64,000 bases of DNA from IMG/VR virus record IMGVR_UViG_3300031555_004710, positions 172,672 to 236,671 of that record; one strand, written 5' to 3'. This DNA is from a virus (lineage: Duplodnaviria > Caudoviricetes). The position numbers were made by a program, and so were the translations under genes. Of this stretch, positions 21,485-31,108 are shown piece after piece. The notes below the pieces were generated by a model. That model was not told the origin of the DNA and made no database searches. It saw only the letters and a list, made by a program, of their open reading frames with translations. Position 1 is the first letter of the stretch. The number at the start of each line of letters is the position of its first letter.

Positions 21485-22933
21485 TTAATATTTTCCCATA
21501 GCTAATAAGTTTGCTTCTTTCTTACTATCAGCTACCATAGATCTTAAGGAATAATTAGTGAATTCAGTTTCACCATCATATATTATACTTAACATTTTTC
21601 CTTCAGTATCATAGATACCAAATCCAAGTAAGAAATATTTATCCATCATTTTACGAACATTTGAAACATCTTTAGGATTTACACCACATTTTTCCTGAAT
21701 CATATGTGCATCAGCTTCAGTTATAATGATAGTGCAGTTAGGATTAAGTTTATTACCAAATGCTCTAAATACTTTATCTTTCTTAGATCTCTTACGAAGA
21801 ATTTTAAGCCATCTACGTTCAGCTTTCATATTTGCGTTTTCTCTCGCACTACTTAAGCCTAAGAATAAATCAGCCCATTTAATTTCTCCACGAGTATATT
21901 TAATAAACTTAAATATTACTCTATCCTTGAAAGCTTCAACCATATTAGAAATCATAATTGATTGAGGAAGAAGTCTAGGCATTGCTCTAACACCAATAAT
22001 GAGTTCCTGAGACCAAGCAGAACCAGCACCTTTCTTAATATTGGCAAGGTTCATACGAAGAATTGTAGGTGTAAGACTATTATATTTTTCATCTTTAACC
22101 ATTTCTCCATGATTTCTATTCTTAGCGTCAGATTCAAATTTATTTAGAGAAGCACTATTATCTTTCCAATCGCTCATCTTTTTAGGTTCACCATATTCTT
22201 TTACCATATTATTATATTGATTAGATCCTTTAGAAGGAGCTTCAATATATTGATACATCGGTTCGCCATCTTTATTGGTTAAGATAATATTATTTCCACT
22301 ACCATCAGTCATAATATTCTTATTACTATCTCTTTTATACTCAACTCTCTTGAAGTACTCCTTATCATCTGCTTCCATTGCAACAGATAATTTCGCAGCT
22401 TCAACGGCACGAGTAAGTTTTGCAGCAGTTCTCTGATATGGCAAATACATATCGTTTATAGATTCAGAATCTAATTGCTCTCCAACACAATCCCACATAT
22501 CAATTAATTCTTTATCAGACATATAACCTTCAGAAGCAATAGCTTCAGTTACATCAATATCGCTTTCAAGAGCATCAAAAGGAATGTCATTGTTATTATG
22601 AAATTTGCGAAGGAACTTATTAATATTTTCATACTTGTTACGATCAACTACACCTTCATTAACAATTGCAGTCATTACGATAGCAGCATAGTTCTTTTCT
22701 ATACTCTTAATCATTGGGAATTTTTCATCATCGTTGATGTCAGCATCCATGATAAGAGGGAATTGGAATACTTGATCTTTTGTTAAACGCATCAATGATG
22801 ATTTTGATGTTGCAGATTTAACTTGAATGCCAACATCTGCAATATCTTTTGCTGTATTGACAACGTTTTTAACGTCAGAAGCGTTCATATTCGAAACCTC
22901 CTTAAAATTTAGGTATAAAAACTTTATAAACAA
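21485..22933 (-). CDS. Putative virion structural protein
   Basis: ALES, ASEG, AMEA sites; AACA-N6-TA at 22937-22948; true start likely MNASD (about 22889) after GGAGG. Confidence 0.6.
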   Translation of the reverse strand: MFIKFLYLNFKEVSNMNASDVKNVVNTAKDIADVGIQVKSATSKSSLMRLTKDQVFQFPLIMDADINDDEKFPMIKSIEKNYAAIVMTAIVNEGVVDRNKYENINKFLRKFHNNNDIPFDALESDIDVTEAIASEGYMSDKELIDMWDCVGEQLDSESINDMYLPYQRTAAKLTRAVEAAKLSVAMEADDKEYFKRVEYKRDSNKNIMTDGSGNNIILTNKDGEPMYQYIEAPSKGSNQYNNMVKEYGEPKKMSDWKDNSASLNKFESDAKNRNHGEMVKDEKYNSLTPTILRMNLANIKKGAGSAWSQELIIGVRAMPRLLPQSIMISNMVEAFKDRVIFKFIKYTRGEIKWADLFLGLSSARENANMKAERRWLKILRKRSKKDKVFRAFGNKLNPNCTIIITEADAHMIQEKCGVNPKDVSNVRKMMDKYFLLGFGIYDTEGKMLSIIYDGETEFTNYSLRSMVADSKKEANLLAMGKY

Positions 22934-23010
22934 TATTATTCAGCTGTTTTTATATTTTTAATTATCTTAAGGAACTTCTATATAAATATTGTAAAATAGG
23001 AGGTATTTTT

Positions 23011-23391
23011 ATGGAAATAAAACCTGCTGGGAGAATTCCATATACCGAAAAGGTGTGGAATGAATTTAAAATAAGATTATCAGATACTCTTAGAAATGAA
23101 GCACTAGATAATGAACAGATATTCTCAAATCCCGATTATAAAAATTTTATTGTATCATATGTTGAGTCTGAGTTATTATCTCAGAAGAAAGATAATGAAC
23201 GATTAATATTAGGTACTAATATTAGATTAGCTCATATGGATATCGAAACTTCTGAAGGTACTAAAACGTATCCTATTATAAATGAATATAAAGTTCATCA
23301 TCTTATGAAAACATATTATTTTTATAAAGCTGACGATGGTATTAAAATGGGATGCGTCGAAGTTAATAAAAAATCAATAATAATTACATAA
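23011..23391 (+). CDS. Hypothetical protein
   Basis: AGGAGG RBS, 126 aa. Confidence 0.7.
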   Translation: MEIKPAGRIPYTEKVWNEFKIRLSDTLRNEALDNEQIFSNPDYKNFIVSYVESELLSQKKDNERLILGTNIRLAHMDIETSEGTKTYPIINEYKVHHLMKTYYFYKADDGIKMGCVEVNKKSIIIT

Positions 23392-23405
23392 TTTTATTCA
23401 TATCA

Positions 23406-23420
23406 TATATTATTTATATG
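23406..23420 (+). promoter_or_regulatory. Representative putative early promoter TATATTAT-N5-TG
   Basis: Same motif at 1731, 7737, 8230, 14208, 24299, 28409, 29777, 34120, 46849, 48528, 49469, 57113, 63938 and 46781 (minus); TA-ending variant at 62259. Confidence 0.8.
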
Positions 23421-23453
23421 AATCTAATAAATAAAGGAGATGTTAATTAAATT

Positions 23454-24272
23454 ATGGCTACAATTAATAGGTATGATCAAATTATTGATTCATATATGTC
23501 AAAAATACAAACTGTTGAGGATACTTTATCTAAAAAGATTGATGAAGAAATATCTGCTACAAATAAAAGAATAGATGAAGTAAAAGGGAATCTTAATGAT
23601 AGAATAATACGTTCCAATAATAATACTATTATTTCTTTTAAGAATATTCTCAAAAAATATTTGATCTTATCAGCAATTATAATTGGTATCCTAATATTTG
23701 CTATTATCGTAAGTTTTCAGATGCACTTCACAACGATTTCTAAATATAACGATATGAAGGATAAATATGATTCAATAGTACTGAAAAATATTGAACTTAC
23801 AAAACAACTGGTTTCAGAGGATAAACATTTAAACTTAACTGATATTACATCGCCATCAGGATTATCAGCAGATCAATTAAATGGAATAGTTAATAGTCGT
23901 TTAATTGATGTAAATAAGACTAATAGTAAGATGGTTAATATTGGAGAAACTCTATTTACAATGGAAAATGAGCATCAAATAAATGCTTTATTCTGTATAG
24001 CCGTTGGTTCTTTGGAATCTGGATATGGTACATCAGATGCCGCAATAAAGCATAATAATTTATTTGGTATGATGGTAAATGGAAAGATACGAGATTTTAA
24101 ATCTATTGATGAATGCATTCTCTTTTGGGGAAAACACTTAAAAGATAATTATATTGGTAAAGGATTAAATACAATTGAAAAAATTCAACCGAAATATTGC
24201 CCACCTGATTCTGAGTGGGATACTAAAATTATAAATATTATGAAAACGTATACAGAATACATAAAAATCTAA
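23454..24272 (+). CDS. Membrane-anchored glucosaminidase-family (GH73-like) peptidoglycan hydrolase
   Basis: TM segment YLILSAIIIGILIFAIIVSF; LESGYGTS, NNLFG and KYCP motifs. Confidence 0.8.
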   Translation: MATINRYDQIIDSYMSKIQTVEDTLSKKIDEEISATNKRIDEVKGNLNDRIIRSNNNTIISFKNILKKYLILSAIIIGILIFAIIVSFQMHFTTISKYNDMKDKYDSIVLKNIELTKQLVSEDKHLNLTDITSPSGLSADQLNGIVNSRLIDVNKTNSKMVNIGETLFTMENEHQINALFCIAVGSLESGYGTSDAAIKHNNLFGMMVNGKIRDFKSIDECILFWGKHLKDNYIGKGLNTIEKIQPKYCPPDSEWDTKIINIMKTYTEYIKI

Positions 24273-24347
24273 TATTTATTGAAAAAATAAATAAATCATA
24301 TATTATTTATATGAGACAATAGTAATATTGCAATTTATAATTATTAT

Positions 24348-25007
24348 TTGGAGGTAATGATCATGTCAGAAAACACTTACGTACCCGAATTTCTTGTATA
24401 TAACAATTTCGGGATTAGACCGGTAGAGGCAACTTTTCAGCTTGATTGTAAAAGTTTTACAGAAACTGTACGCAAGATAGCATCTGAAAAAATATCCGGT
24501 ATCGAAGAGGTAACATTACAGAATGATAAGAATGGTAATGTTGCACTATTTATTTGGTTCAATGCGAACTCAGAACATTTCGCAGATAGCAGTACAGAAA
24601 ATACTGCAATTAAAGCAAAATTATCAAGATTATCAAAAGAAATGCAGGAATTTATTGAAAAATTTGGTTGGAATGAAGCTGATGATGACCCGAGAAATGG
24701 AAGCACCAAAATTCATCCTAACAAAATTATTATTAATAATGATAATCCTGAAGTTAAAGGTAAATGGATTGCAATTCATGTTGCTGTTAATCCATTTCTA
24801 CTTATCATGTTTGATATGCAAGGTAATGCATTCAAGAGACAATTTAATAGAAACTCTCCAAAGACTAGAATTCGTCGTGAATGGGTTTGGTCAAAAGGTT
24901 CTAGCGGAAAATTCCATTCTCTTAATGGAATAAGAATCACTAAGATGATATTCAATCCTACAGTATCTAGAGATGGCCTTCATGCTAAGATGCCTGGAAA
25001 GTTTTAA
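24348..25007 (+). CDS. Hypothetical protein (putative early)
   Basis: GGAGG RBS, promoter at 24299-24313, terminator downstream. Confidence 0.7.
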   Translation: MEVMIMSENTYVPEFLVYNNFGIRPVEATFQLDCKSFTETVRKIASEKISGIEEVTLQNDKNGNVALFIWFNANSEHFADSSTENTAIKAKLSRLSKEMQEFIEKFGWNEADDDPRNGSTKIHPNKIIINNDNPEVKGKWIAIHVAVNPFLLIMFDMQGNAFKRQFNRNSPKTRIRREWVWSKGSSGKFHSLNGIRITKMIFNPTVSRDGLHAKMPGKF

Positions 25008-25066
25008 TATTACAATATAAAGAAGCAGTGGGATAAACCACTGCTTCTATTTTTTAATTAACGGAG

Positions 25067-26191
25067 GTGAGTATAATAGAAAGAATCTTTAATGCATATA
25101 AAATTAGATATGCAATATTAAATAATCAAATGCTTCCCATACGAGCTTCACGAAAAATAAGAAATATTAATATCTATATAAATGTAGACGATTTCTTCCA
25201 TAAACTCCATCGTCCTATTACAGATAGAGAATTCCAGACTACTGGAAAAAATGTTTCTAAACAGGTTGTAGCAAATATAATTAACTTAGCTGCTCATTAT
25301 AAACACTGGGCCGTAAAAGAGCATTTATCCCCAACTATATATTTAATATATACAACATCAAAAATATTTAGAAATGATATGACGTTAAAATCATACAGAA
25401 ATCATTATAAAAAAATTACCAATATCGATAATCCTGATTTCTTTTATGTTAATAACGCAATGTCTAATAGTTTCTCAATTTTACAAGTTATCACTAAATA
25501 TATACCAAGAGTGTATGCAATTGACTCAAATTATATAGAACCGTCAACTGTCCCTCTATATTTAAGTGAAATAAATCCTGCGGATTTCAATTTACTTATA
25601 TCTAGAGATGAATATGACCTACAATACACACATCTGGATAAATGGGGAGTAATAACTCCTAAAGGAGAAGTCTCCACTATTATTACAAGTGGTAATTTAT
25701 GGAAATATATCCAGTTGAAAGAGAAATTAGATGATAAGTTTTATTATCATCCAGAGACATTTATATGGGCTAAAGCTATAGTAGGAGATAAATATAGAGG
25801 TATTCCTAAATTAACTCGTACTAGTTGGAAAACTGTAATAAAATATTTAGAAGAATGTAGTTCTAATAATAATGATAGTATTGAAATACTTGAATTACAA
25901 TTAAAAAAATTAGCTGACTATATTGCTAAAAAGAAGATTGAAGATACAGATTTTAATACTAATTTATTTTGCACATCTGTAAAGTTGCAGTTAGATAGGT
26001 TAATGGAAGTTGATAAAATAATGATTAAGCAACAGTTAACCGATATGGAAGATATGCAATCATTACAGCAAGCTAATAATACAATATTTAAAGAATACCC
26101 TTTAAATTTATTATTTCTATTACAAGAAAACTCTTTAAATAATCAACCACATGATGATTATTTCTGGAGACAAAGAAAGGATGTTTATTAA
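25067..26191 (+). CDS. 5'-3' exonuclease / flap endonuclease / RNase H-like protein
   Basis: LISRDEYDLQ acidic motif and H3TH-like AIVGDKYRGIP. Confidence 0.6.
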   Translation: MSIIERIFNAYKIRYAILNNQMLPIRASRKIRNINIYINVDDFFHKLHRPITDREFQTTGKNVSKQVVANIINLAAHYKHWAVKEHLSPTIYLIYTTSKIFRNDMTLKSYRNHYKKITNIDNPDFFYVNNAMSNSFSILQVITKYIPRVYAIDSNYIEPSTVPLYLSEINPADFNLLISRDEYDLQYTHLDKWGVITPKGEVSTIITSGNLWKYIQLKEKLDDKFYYHPETFIWAKAIVGDKYRGIPKLTRTSWKTVIKYLEECSSNNNDSIEILELQLKKLADYIAKKKIEDTDFNTNLFCTSVKLQLDRLMEVDKIMIKQQLTDMEDMQSLQQANNTIFKEYPLNLLFLLQENSLNNQPHDDYFWRQRKDVY

Positions 26192-26693
26192 TATGAGTAC
26201 AAGACACTATATACCAACTACAATTGTATCAGGATTTCCTGCAATAGGAAAATCTTATATTGCGGGAAAATTTCCTACAATGGTAAGGGACTTAGAATCC
26301 AGCGAATATCACTGGACATATGCCGGCGATATTAAAAATCATAAGGTTGTTAATCCTAATTGGCCAAATAATTATATTGAAACTATCGCAGTATTATCTA
26401 GAAGCGGAATGTATAGAATGGTATGTGTTTCTTCTCATGAAGAAATTAGAAAATTAATGAAAGAGGCAAATATTAAATATTCAAATGTGTTCCCAGAAAA
26501 TACTCCAGAGATGAGAAAACTTATTCTTGAGAGATGTAGATTAAGACAAAGCAGTCCAGGTTTTATTGTAAATCTGGATGCTAATTGGGATGAATATATA
26601 AACTCGATGAAAAACGACCCAGGTGCAGTAGCTAAAATTCAGTTAACTCCACAGACAATTGAAATGTGGTCTGGTTGGGGGTTGATGGAGTGA
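26151..26693 (+). CDS. P-loop kinase-like protein
   Basis: IVSGFPAIGKS Walker A; likely starts at MSTRHY (26193). Confidence 0.65.
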   Translation: MMIISGDKERMFINMSTRHYIPTTIVSGFPAIGKSYIAGKFPTMVRDLESSEYHWTYAGDIKNHKVVNPNWPNNYIETIAVLSRSGMYRMVCVSSHEEIRKLMKEANIKYSNVFPENTPEMRKLILERCRLRQSSPGFIVNLDANWDEYINSMKNDPGAVAKIQLTPQTIEMWSGWGLME

Positions 26694-27130
26694 TTAATTA
26701 TATTATCAATATTGCTAGTATCTTATTAATTTCATTAGTTGTATTTACTATAATTAAGAAAAATAAAAAATCTTCAGATTCAAATATTGATTTAGATTAT
26801 ATGGAAATAGTAAAAGTATTACAGGAAATAGCATGTGATTATAGAGTACGTGTTGTTAAATCTGGTTGGGGTGAAGGTATAGATCCATATATTGAAAATC
26901 AATGTCTTTCAGATATGGAAATTGAACATTTATACATGCTAGCTGAAAAATATATAGATAATGATAGTGATGAATACTACTTTATAGGTTTTAAAGTGTT
27001 TGGTAAATACTATCTAACATATGCCAAAAATGAAATGTTAGCATGGGCAAATGTTGTGCGTAAAGCTAGAGAAAGAAGTAGAGACCTATTTGGTAGAACA
27101 GGTTCTCTAGATAAATATAAAATACAATAA
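26666..27130 (+). CDS. Membrane-anchored hypothetical protein
   Basis: N-terminal TM segment followed by KKNKK. Confidence 0.6.
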   Translation: MVWLGVDGVINYIINIASILLISLVVFTIIKKNKKSSDSNIDLDYMEIVKVLQEIACDYRVRVVKSGWGEGIDPYIENQCLSDMEIEHLYMLAEKYIDNDSDEYYFIGFKVFGKYYLTYAKNEMLAWANVVRKARERSRDLFGRTGSLDKYKIQ

Positions 27131-27169
27131 AAATAAAGAGGTGATCATAATCACCTCTTTATTTATTTT

Positions 27170-28318
27170 TTAATTATAAAGCCATCTTAATTTAAATACA
27201 TTTCCTTTATCAGTTTTACAGTGGAAAATTACAGGTCTTCCGACAAAGTTCTTACCAAGGAATGTATCAGCATTATATATTGGAACTGTATGTTTAGTAT
27301 AGTCGAATGGATTTAATTTTTTATCTTTAAAAGCCCCATTCATAGCAGTATAGCCTAATGAATTATATTGAAAATCCATAAGAATATATCTATCCATTTG
27401 CTCACATACAAAGTAAGAAAATGTAATAGAAGTTTTAGTTTCTGCACCACTATTTCTATTAAAACTTAAATCGGACATTGGTACCGCAGTTGGAACACAA
27501 CCTGTATATTTAGCCCAATATACTATATTTTCTCCAGTTTCATCTACGATGAAATCATATATACTTGTAGCATAGTCCAATGCATTATATTGTAAATATC
27601 TATCTTTTGGACGGAAAATATTTCGCATTACTTTATCTTGATAATATATCCATGCATAGAATAATTTATGAATAGAATAATACTTATCTTCCCTGAAACT
27701 AAGATCGAAAGAACCTCCTGTTAGAGATTCTATAGCCGATGTAGTATATGGTATTGTGTATTTAGTATATGGCTGAACTATTGCATTTTGTTTAATTGAA
27801 TAGTCTGGTAGTTGTAAAGATTCTACTCTTGTAGTTATATATGGCATAAATGAATGAAGTGGTAACGGTGTTCCATCAATTGATGTGTTCGATGATTTTA
27901 ACCCCGCGAAATCGCTTGTTAATGATGCAATTATTTCTGGGTGCCATTGAGCAAGATATGTAAAATAAGGATCTACATGTACTCTACTCTCTGAACTTAA
28001 AGTTATTTTTCCATCCGTACACAAATCCGAATTTACTAAATATAAATCTGGTCTACACATAAAAATATAATGTCTACCAGATGGTAATTCATTTTCTAAA
28101 TCGACAGAATAAAATCTATCAAAATCTACCCAAAATTGTTTATGAGATTTATCTTCTGTACCATCATTCATCTGAAGACGCACATTCATATATCTATTAT
28201 GTTCATTTTCAGTGAAATTTGAAGAAAAATATCCAGGTAATAATCCATATTCTCTATTTACTTTACTATTAGATACTTGATACGATGTCGATTTAAACAA
28301 CCAATCGCGTAGAGCCAT
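27170..28318 (-). CDS. Putative tail-tube-fold / baseplate protein
   Basis: RPDL, LPD.S, F.LSFRED, YWAKYTGCVP.AVP pattern resembles tube-like baseplate proteins; late motif at 28362-28374. Confidence 0.5.
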   Translation of the reverse strand: MALRDWLFKSTSYQVSNSKVNREYGLLPGYFSSNFTENEHNRYMNVRLQMNDGTEDKSHKQFWVDFDRFYSVDLENELPSGRHYIFMCRPDLYLVNSDLCTDGKITLSSESRVHVDPYFTYLAQWHPEIIASLTSDFAGLKSSNTSIDGTPLPLHSFMPYITTRVESLQLPDYSIKQNAIVQPYTKYTIPYTTSAIESLTGGSFDLSFREDKYYSIHKLFYAWIYYQDKVMRNIFRPKDRYLQYNALDYATSIYDFIVDETGENIVYWAKYTGCVPTAVPMSDLSFNRNSGAETKTSITFSYFVCEQMDRYILMDFQYNSLGYTAMNGAFKDKKLNPFDYTKHTVPIYNADTFLGKNFVGRPVIFHCKTDKGNVFKLRWLYN

Positions 28319-28500
28319 TTATTACTCCCCCTTTCTATATTTTGGGATTCTAATCGTTCATTATCAAAATTGTTAAAATATAGAAAAATAGAAATTAATT
28401 TTCAATCATATATTATTTTAATGGTGTAGAGTAATAAATTTGAGTTTATTAAAAATGGTTAATTTAGAGACAGAAATCTCACTGTCAATTAAAAGCGATT

Positions 28501-29670
28501 ATGAAAGGAGATATAGCAATGAAATTCTTCACAAAAGTTATTAAATTTGTAAAGAAAGCATTTCGTGCAATTGCAAAAATGTTTAAAGATAAAAATCCTG
28601 TTGAAGTAATCAATGATGTTACAAAAGCATCTGTTGCACTAGCTACAACTGGATTAGCTTTATATACAGGAGTTAATGCTATTAGAGTGCATTTTGCTCC
28701 ATCCACAAAGAAGAATAAAAATTACAATGGTAAATCTGCTCACGAAATAATATTTGAAAATCGTAATGCTGGTTCCATTGATGAAAAACTTGCGACTATT
28801 AGAAAGAATAATTCTAGAATAGGCAAAAAGCATTCCACCACAATAAAATCAGAGGATTTGAAAGTTCTCGAATCTATTGCAAAAACCAGAAATAGTTTCT
28901 TCCAGAGTCTGTCTGCGGAAGAGCAAATGAATGTCCTTGAAATGGAGGATTTTGATTTTAAAGCATACTCAAAAGAGATGAAAAAGAAATCACGTTTTTC
29001 ATTATTTGGGAATAAAAAGTGTTCTAAGAAGCTAGGAGTTTCATCTACTAATAAAGCTTTTCGTGAACCTGTAAATTATGGATTCTTTAATTTCATTTTA
29101 CAGCCAATTGACGACTTTATTCATTGGATAAAGAATGACCCAGTTCCAAAGAAGGTTCCTCAGATTCAAGTAATTGAGCATCCTGAAATTCCTAATGTTC
29201 CTTGTGAGACTGCATTAGATCTAGTTTCTACTGCAAGAAATTTAGAATCCTATTTGAGTCATAACAAAACATTATCATCAGAATTTAATGTCACAACTCC
29301 AGCAGAGAGTGAAGAACAACAAATTCTCGCAGATGAAATATTTAGACACAAATCTTTATCAAAATTCAAAAGGGCGGTGAATAGATGTATGGCACAGTCT
29401 AATTTTAATACTCCAAACATCTTTGATTTAATGGACGATGACAAAAATTTTAAGAAAAAGAAAAAGAATAAAAAGAAACATTCCTACGATGATGATTTTT
29501 CGTTCATGGATAATGACAAACCTAAGAAGAAAAAGAAAAAAGGTATGAGTAAAGAAGATCGTGAAGCTGAAAGCATGGCTGATAAACGAGCAAAAGAATT
29601 ATATAGATACCATTTAGAAAAAGCAATGAAAGGCGAATTTGACAGAAAAGGATATGGATTTGACTTTTAA
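28501..29670 (+). CDS. Hypothetical lysine-rich protein (putative early)
   Basis: 389 aa, promoter at 28409-28423, terminator downstream. Confidence 0.7.
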   Translation: MKGDIAMKFFTKVIKFVKKAFRAIAKMFKDKNPVEVINDVTKASVALATTGLALYTGVNAIRVHFAPSTKKNKNYNGKSAHEIIFENRNAGSIDEKLATIRKNNSRIGKKHSTTIKSEDLKVLESIAKTRNSFFQSLSAEEQMNVLEMEDFDFKAYSKEMKKKSRFSLFGNKKCSKKLGVSSTNKAFREPVNYGFFNFILQPIDDFIHWIKNDPVPKKVPQIQVIEHPEIPNVPCETALDLVSTARNLESYLSHNKTLSSEFNVTTPAESEEQQILADEIFRHKSLSKFKRAVNRCMAQSNFNTPNIFDLMDDDKNFKKKKKNKKKHSYDDDFSFMDNDKPKKKKKKGMSKEDREAESMADKRAKELYRYHLEKAMKGEFDRKGYGFDF

Positions 29671-29790
29671 TTTGAAATCTTAGGAATATTTGCAAATATC
29701 CCTTACAGGATAATAAGAGAGAACTATCAGAGTTCTCTCTTATTTTTTATTTCGTAATAATAAATTTTTTTATTGATATATTATTATTAT

Positions 29791-30154
29791 GAGTAAGTAA
29801 GATTATAATGGTCGGGTGACTCTATAAGTTCTTGCGGAGATAAACATCGGTAAGATTGGAAATCTTGGGATGTCCGGGGAATGACTAGATACCATTATCT
29901 TAAGTGCAATAATCTATCCACCCAATGTCGATACCAGGCAGAGGGACTAGATTAACACCGAGGGTATTCTTATAATGTTAATTTATAAGAATCATTCAAT
30001 CAATAAACGAAAATAGTCGATAATAAGTTGGCAGCTTGCATTGACCACCATACTCAATGCAATACGGAAACCAACTTGACAATCTTCTATAAGTCCATCG
30101 AATATTGAAAGATGATTCAAGTAGATTAATATTTAGAATACTCTCTTACTGCTC
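29791..30154 (+). ncRNA. Putative structured ncRNA (~364 nt), family unknown
   Basis: Early promoter motif 29777-29791; 5' GAGTAAGTAAGA pairs with 3' TCTTACTGCTC; several internal helices; no ORF; downstream T-run. Confidence 0.7.
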
Positions 30155-30184
30155 GAAAATCTAATCTAATTTATTTTTTTTTTC

Positions 30185-30293
30185 AAAAAAATATATGAAG
30201 CGAAATCACGGGATTTCGCTTCATATATAAAAGGAGTAGCTAATGAGCATGACAATAGAAAAAACACATTAAAGTTCAAAAACTTTACGACTT
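30185..30293 (-). ncRNA. Putative late small RNA with anti-Shine-Dalgarno seed
   Basis: AACA-N6-TA at 30293-30304 (minus), 5' hairpin 30270-30287, seed CAUUAGCUACUCCUUUU, terminator hairpin 30191-30228 plus U-run. Confidence 0.5.
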
Positions 30294-30328
30294 ACTTTAT
30301 TGTTATATAGATTTTGCATTATTATACA

Positions 30329-30628
30329 CTATAGTTCATCTATATGAGGACCAGTAATAGTACCATACCAAGCTACTTTACCATCAGTAGTCGTCTGTTT
30401 ACCATAAACTTCCTCACAAATATATTCTTGCTCATCTTCAACTTTAATAACTGATTCAGTGTTATTATTTTTTTCTTTTCTTTCCTTTAATGCTTCTATT
30501 CCCATTTCTAAAGCTTCGATATATTTTTTGACACCATGATCTTGATATCTCTTTTCATATCCTCGTTTTATAAAATCGAGAATATAAATAGCCATATCTT
30601 CATTAGGGCACATTTTATATTCACTCAT
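30329..30628 (-). CDS. Small hypothetical protein
   Basis: AGGAGG RBS; EALEMGIEALKE motif common in small phage proteins. Confidence 0.7.
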   Translation of the reverse strand: MSEYKMCPNEDMAIYILDFIKRGYEKRYQDHGVKKYIEALEMGIEALKERKEKNNNTESVIKVEDEQEYICEEVYGKQTTTDGKVAWYGTITGPHIDEL

Positions 30629-30646
30629 ATAGAATACCTCCTATAA

Positions 30647-30988
30647 TTACCACCATGAATAAAATTCTTGATTCTCTTCATTACCTCTATAAGTCTCAAC
30701 TTCTTCATTTCTTACAATTTTTCCATCCTTAAGAATAAATCCTTTTTTACCAGAGTTTCTGAAATCATATATTTTATATGCTTCAGCGTATACCTGCTCT
30801 TCAATACCCAGTCTCCTTGCAAAAAGTTGCAATTCATAAACTTGGTCAAGTAGCCATGATGAATGATTCTTATCTTTTTTATTATAAAACCATTCATCTG
30901 CTCGCTTTTGTAAATCTGCAATCTCTTTTGCAAATTCTTTTATGATAGTTTTTCTTCTTACTAAAAATTTCATGTAAATAACCTCCAT
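30647..30988 (-). CDS. Small hypothetical protein
   Basis: GGAGG RBS before MKFLVR. Confidence 0.7.
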   Translation of the reverse strand: MEVIYMKFLVRRKTIIKEFAKEIADLQKRADEWFYNKKDKNHSSWLLDQVYELQLFARRLGIEEQVYAEAYKIYDFRNSGKKGFILKDGKIVRNEEVETYRGNEENQEFYSWW

Positions 30989-31108
30989 TTAAGACTTATA
31001 GATTTATTCTGAATTATAAGAATTATTAAACATTCCTTTATTTTATGCTAAAAAACAGCCTCTTAAAGATTAGAGATTATTAATTATATAGAAAGGAGCT
31101 GAGATAAT

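Noticed and set aside
30044-30052. Loop ACCACCAU of the 364-nt RNA complementary to the primase RBS (AUGGUGGU)
   Set aside because: Only an 8-nt match; not distinguishable from chance without conservation data
29791-30154. RNase P RNA or tmRNA interpretation
   Set aside because: Lacks the GAGGAAAGUCC/P4 elements and the GGGG...UCCACCA tRNA-like ends
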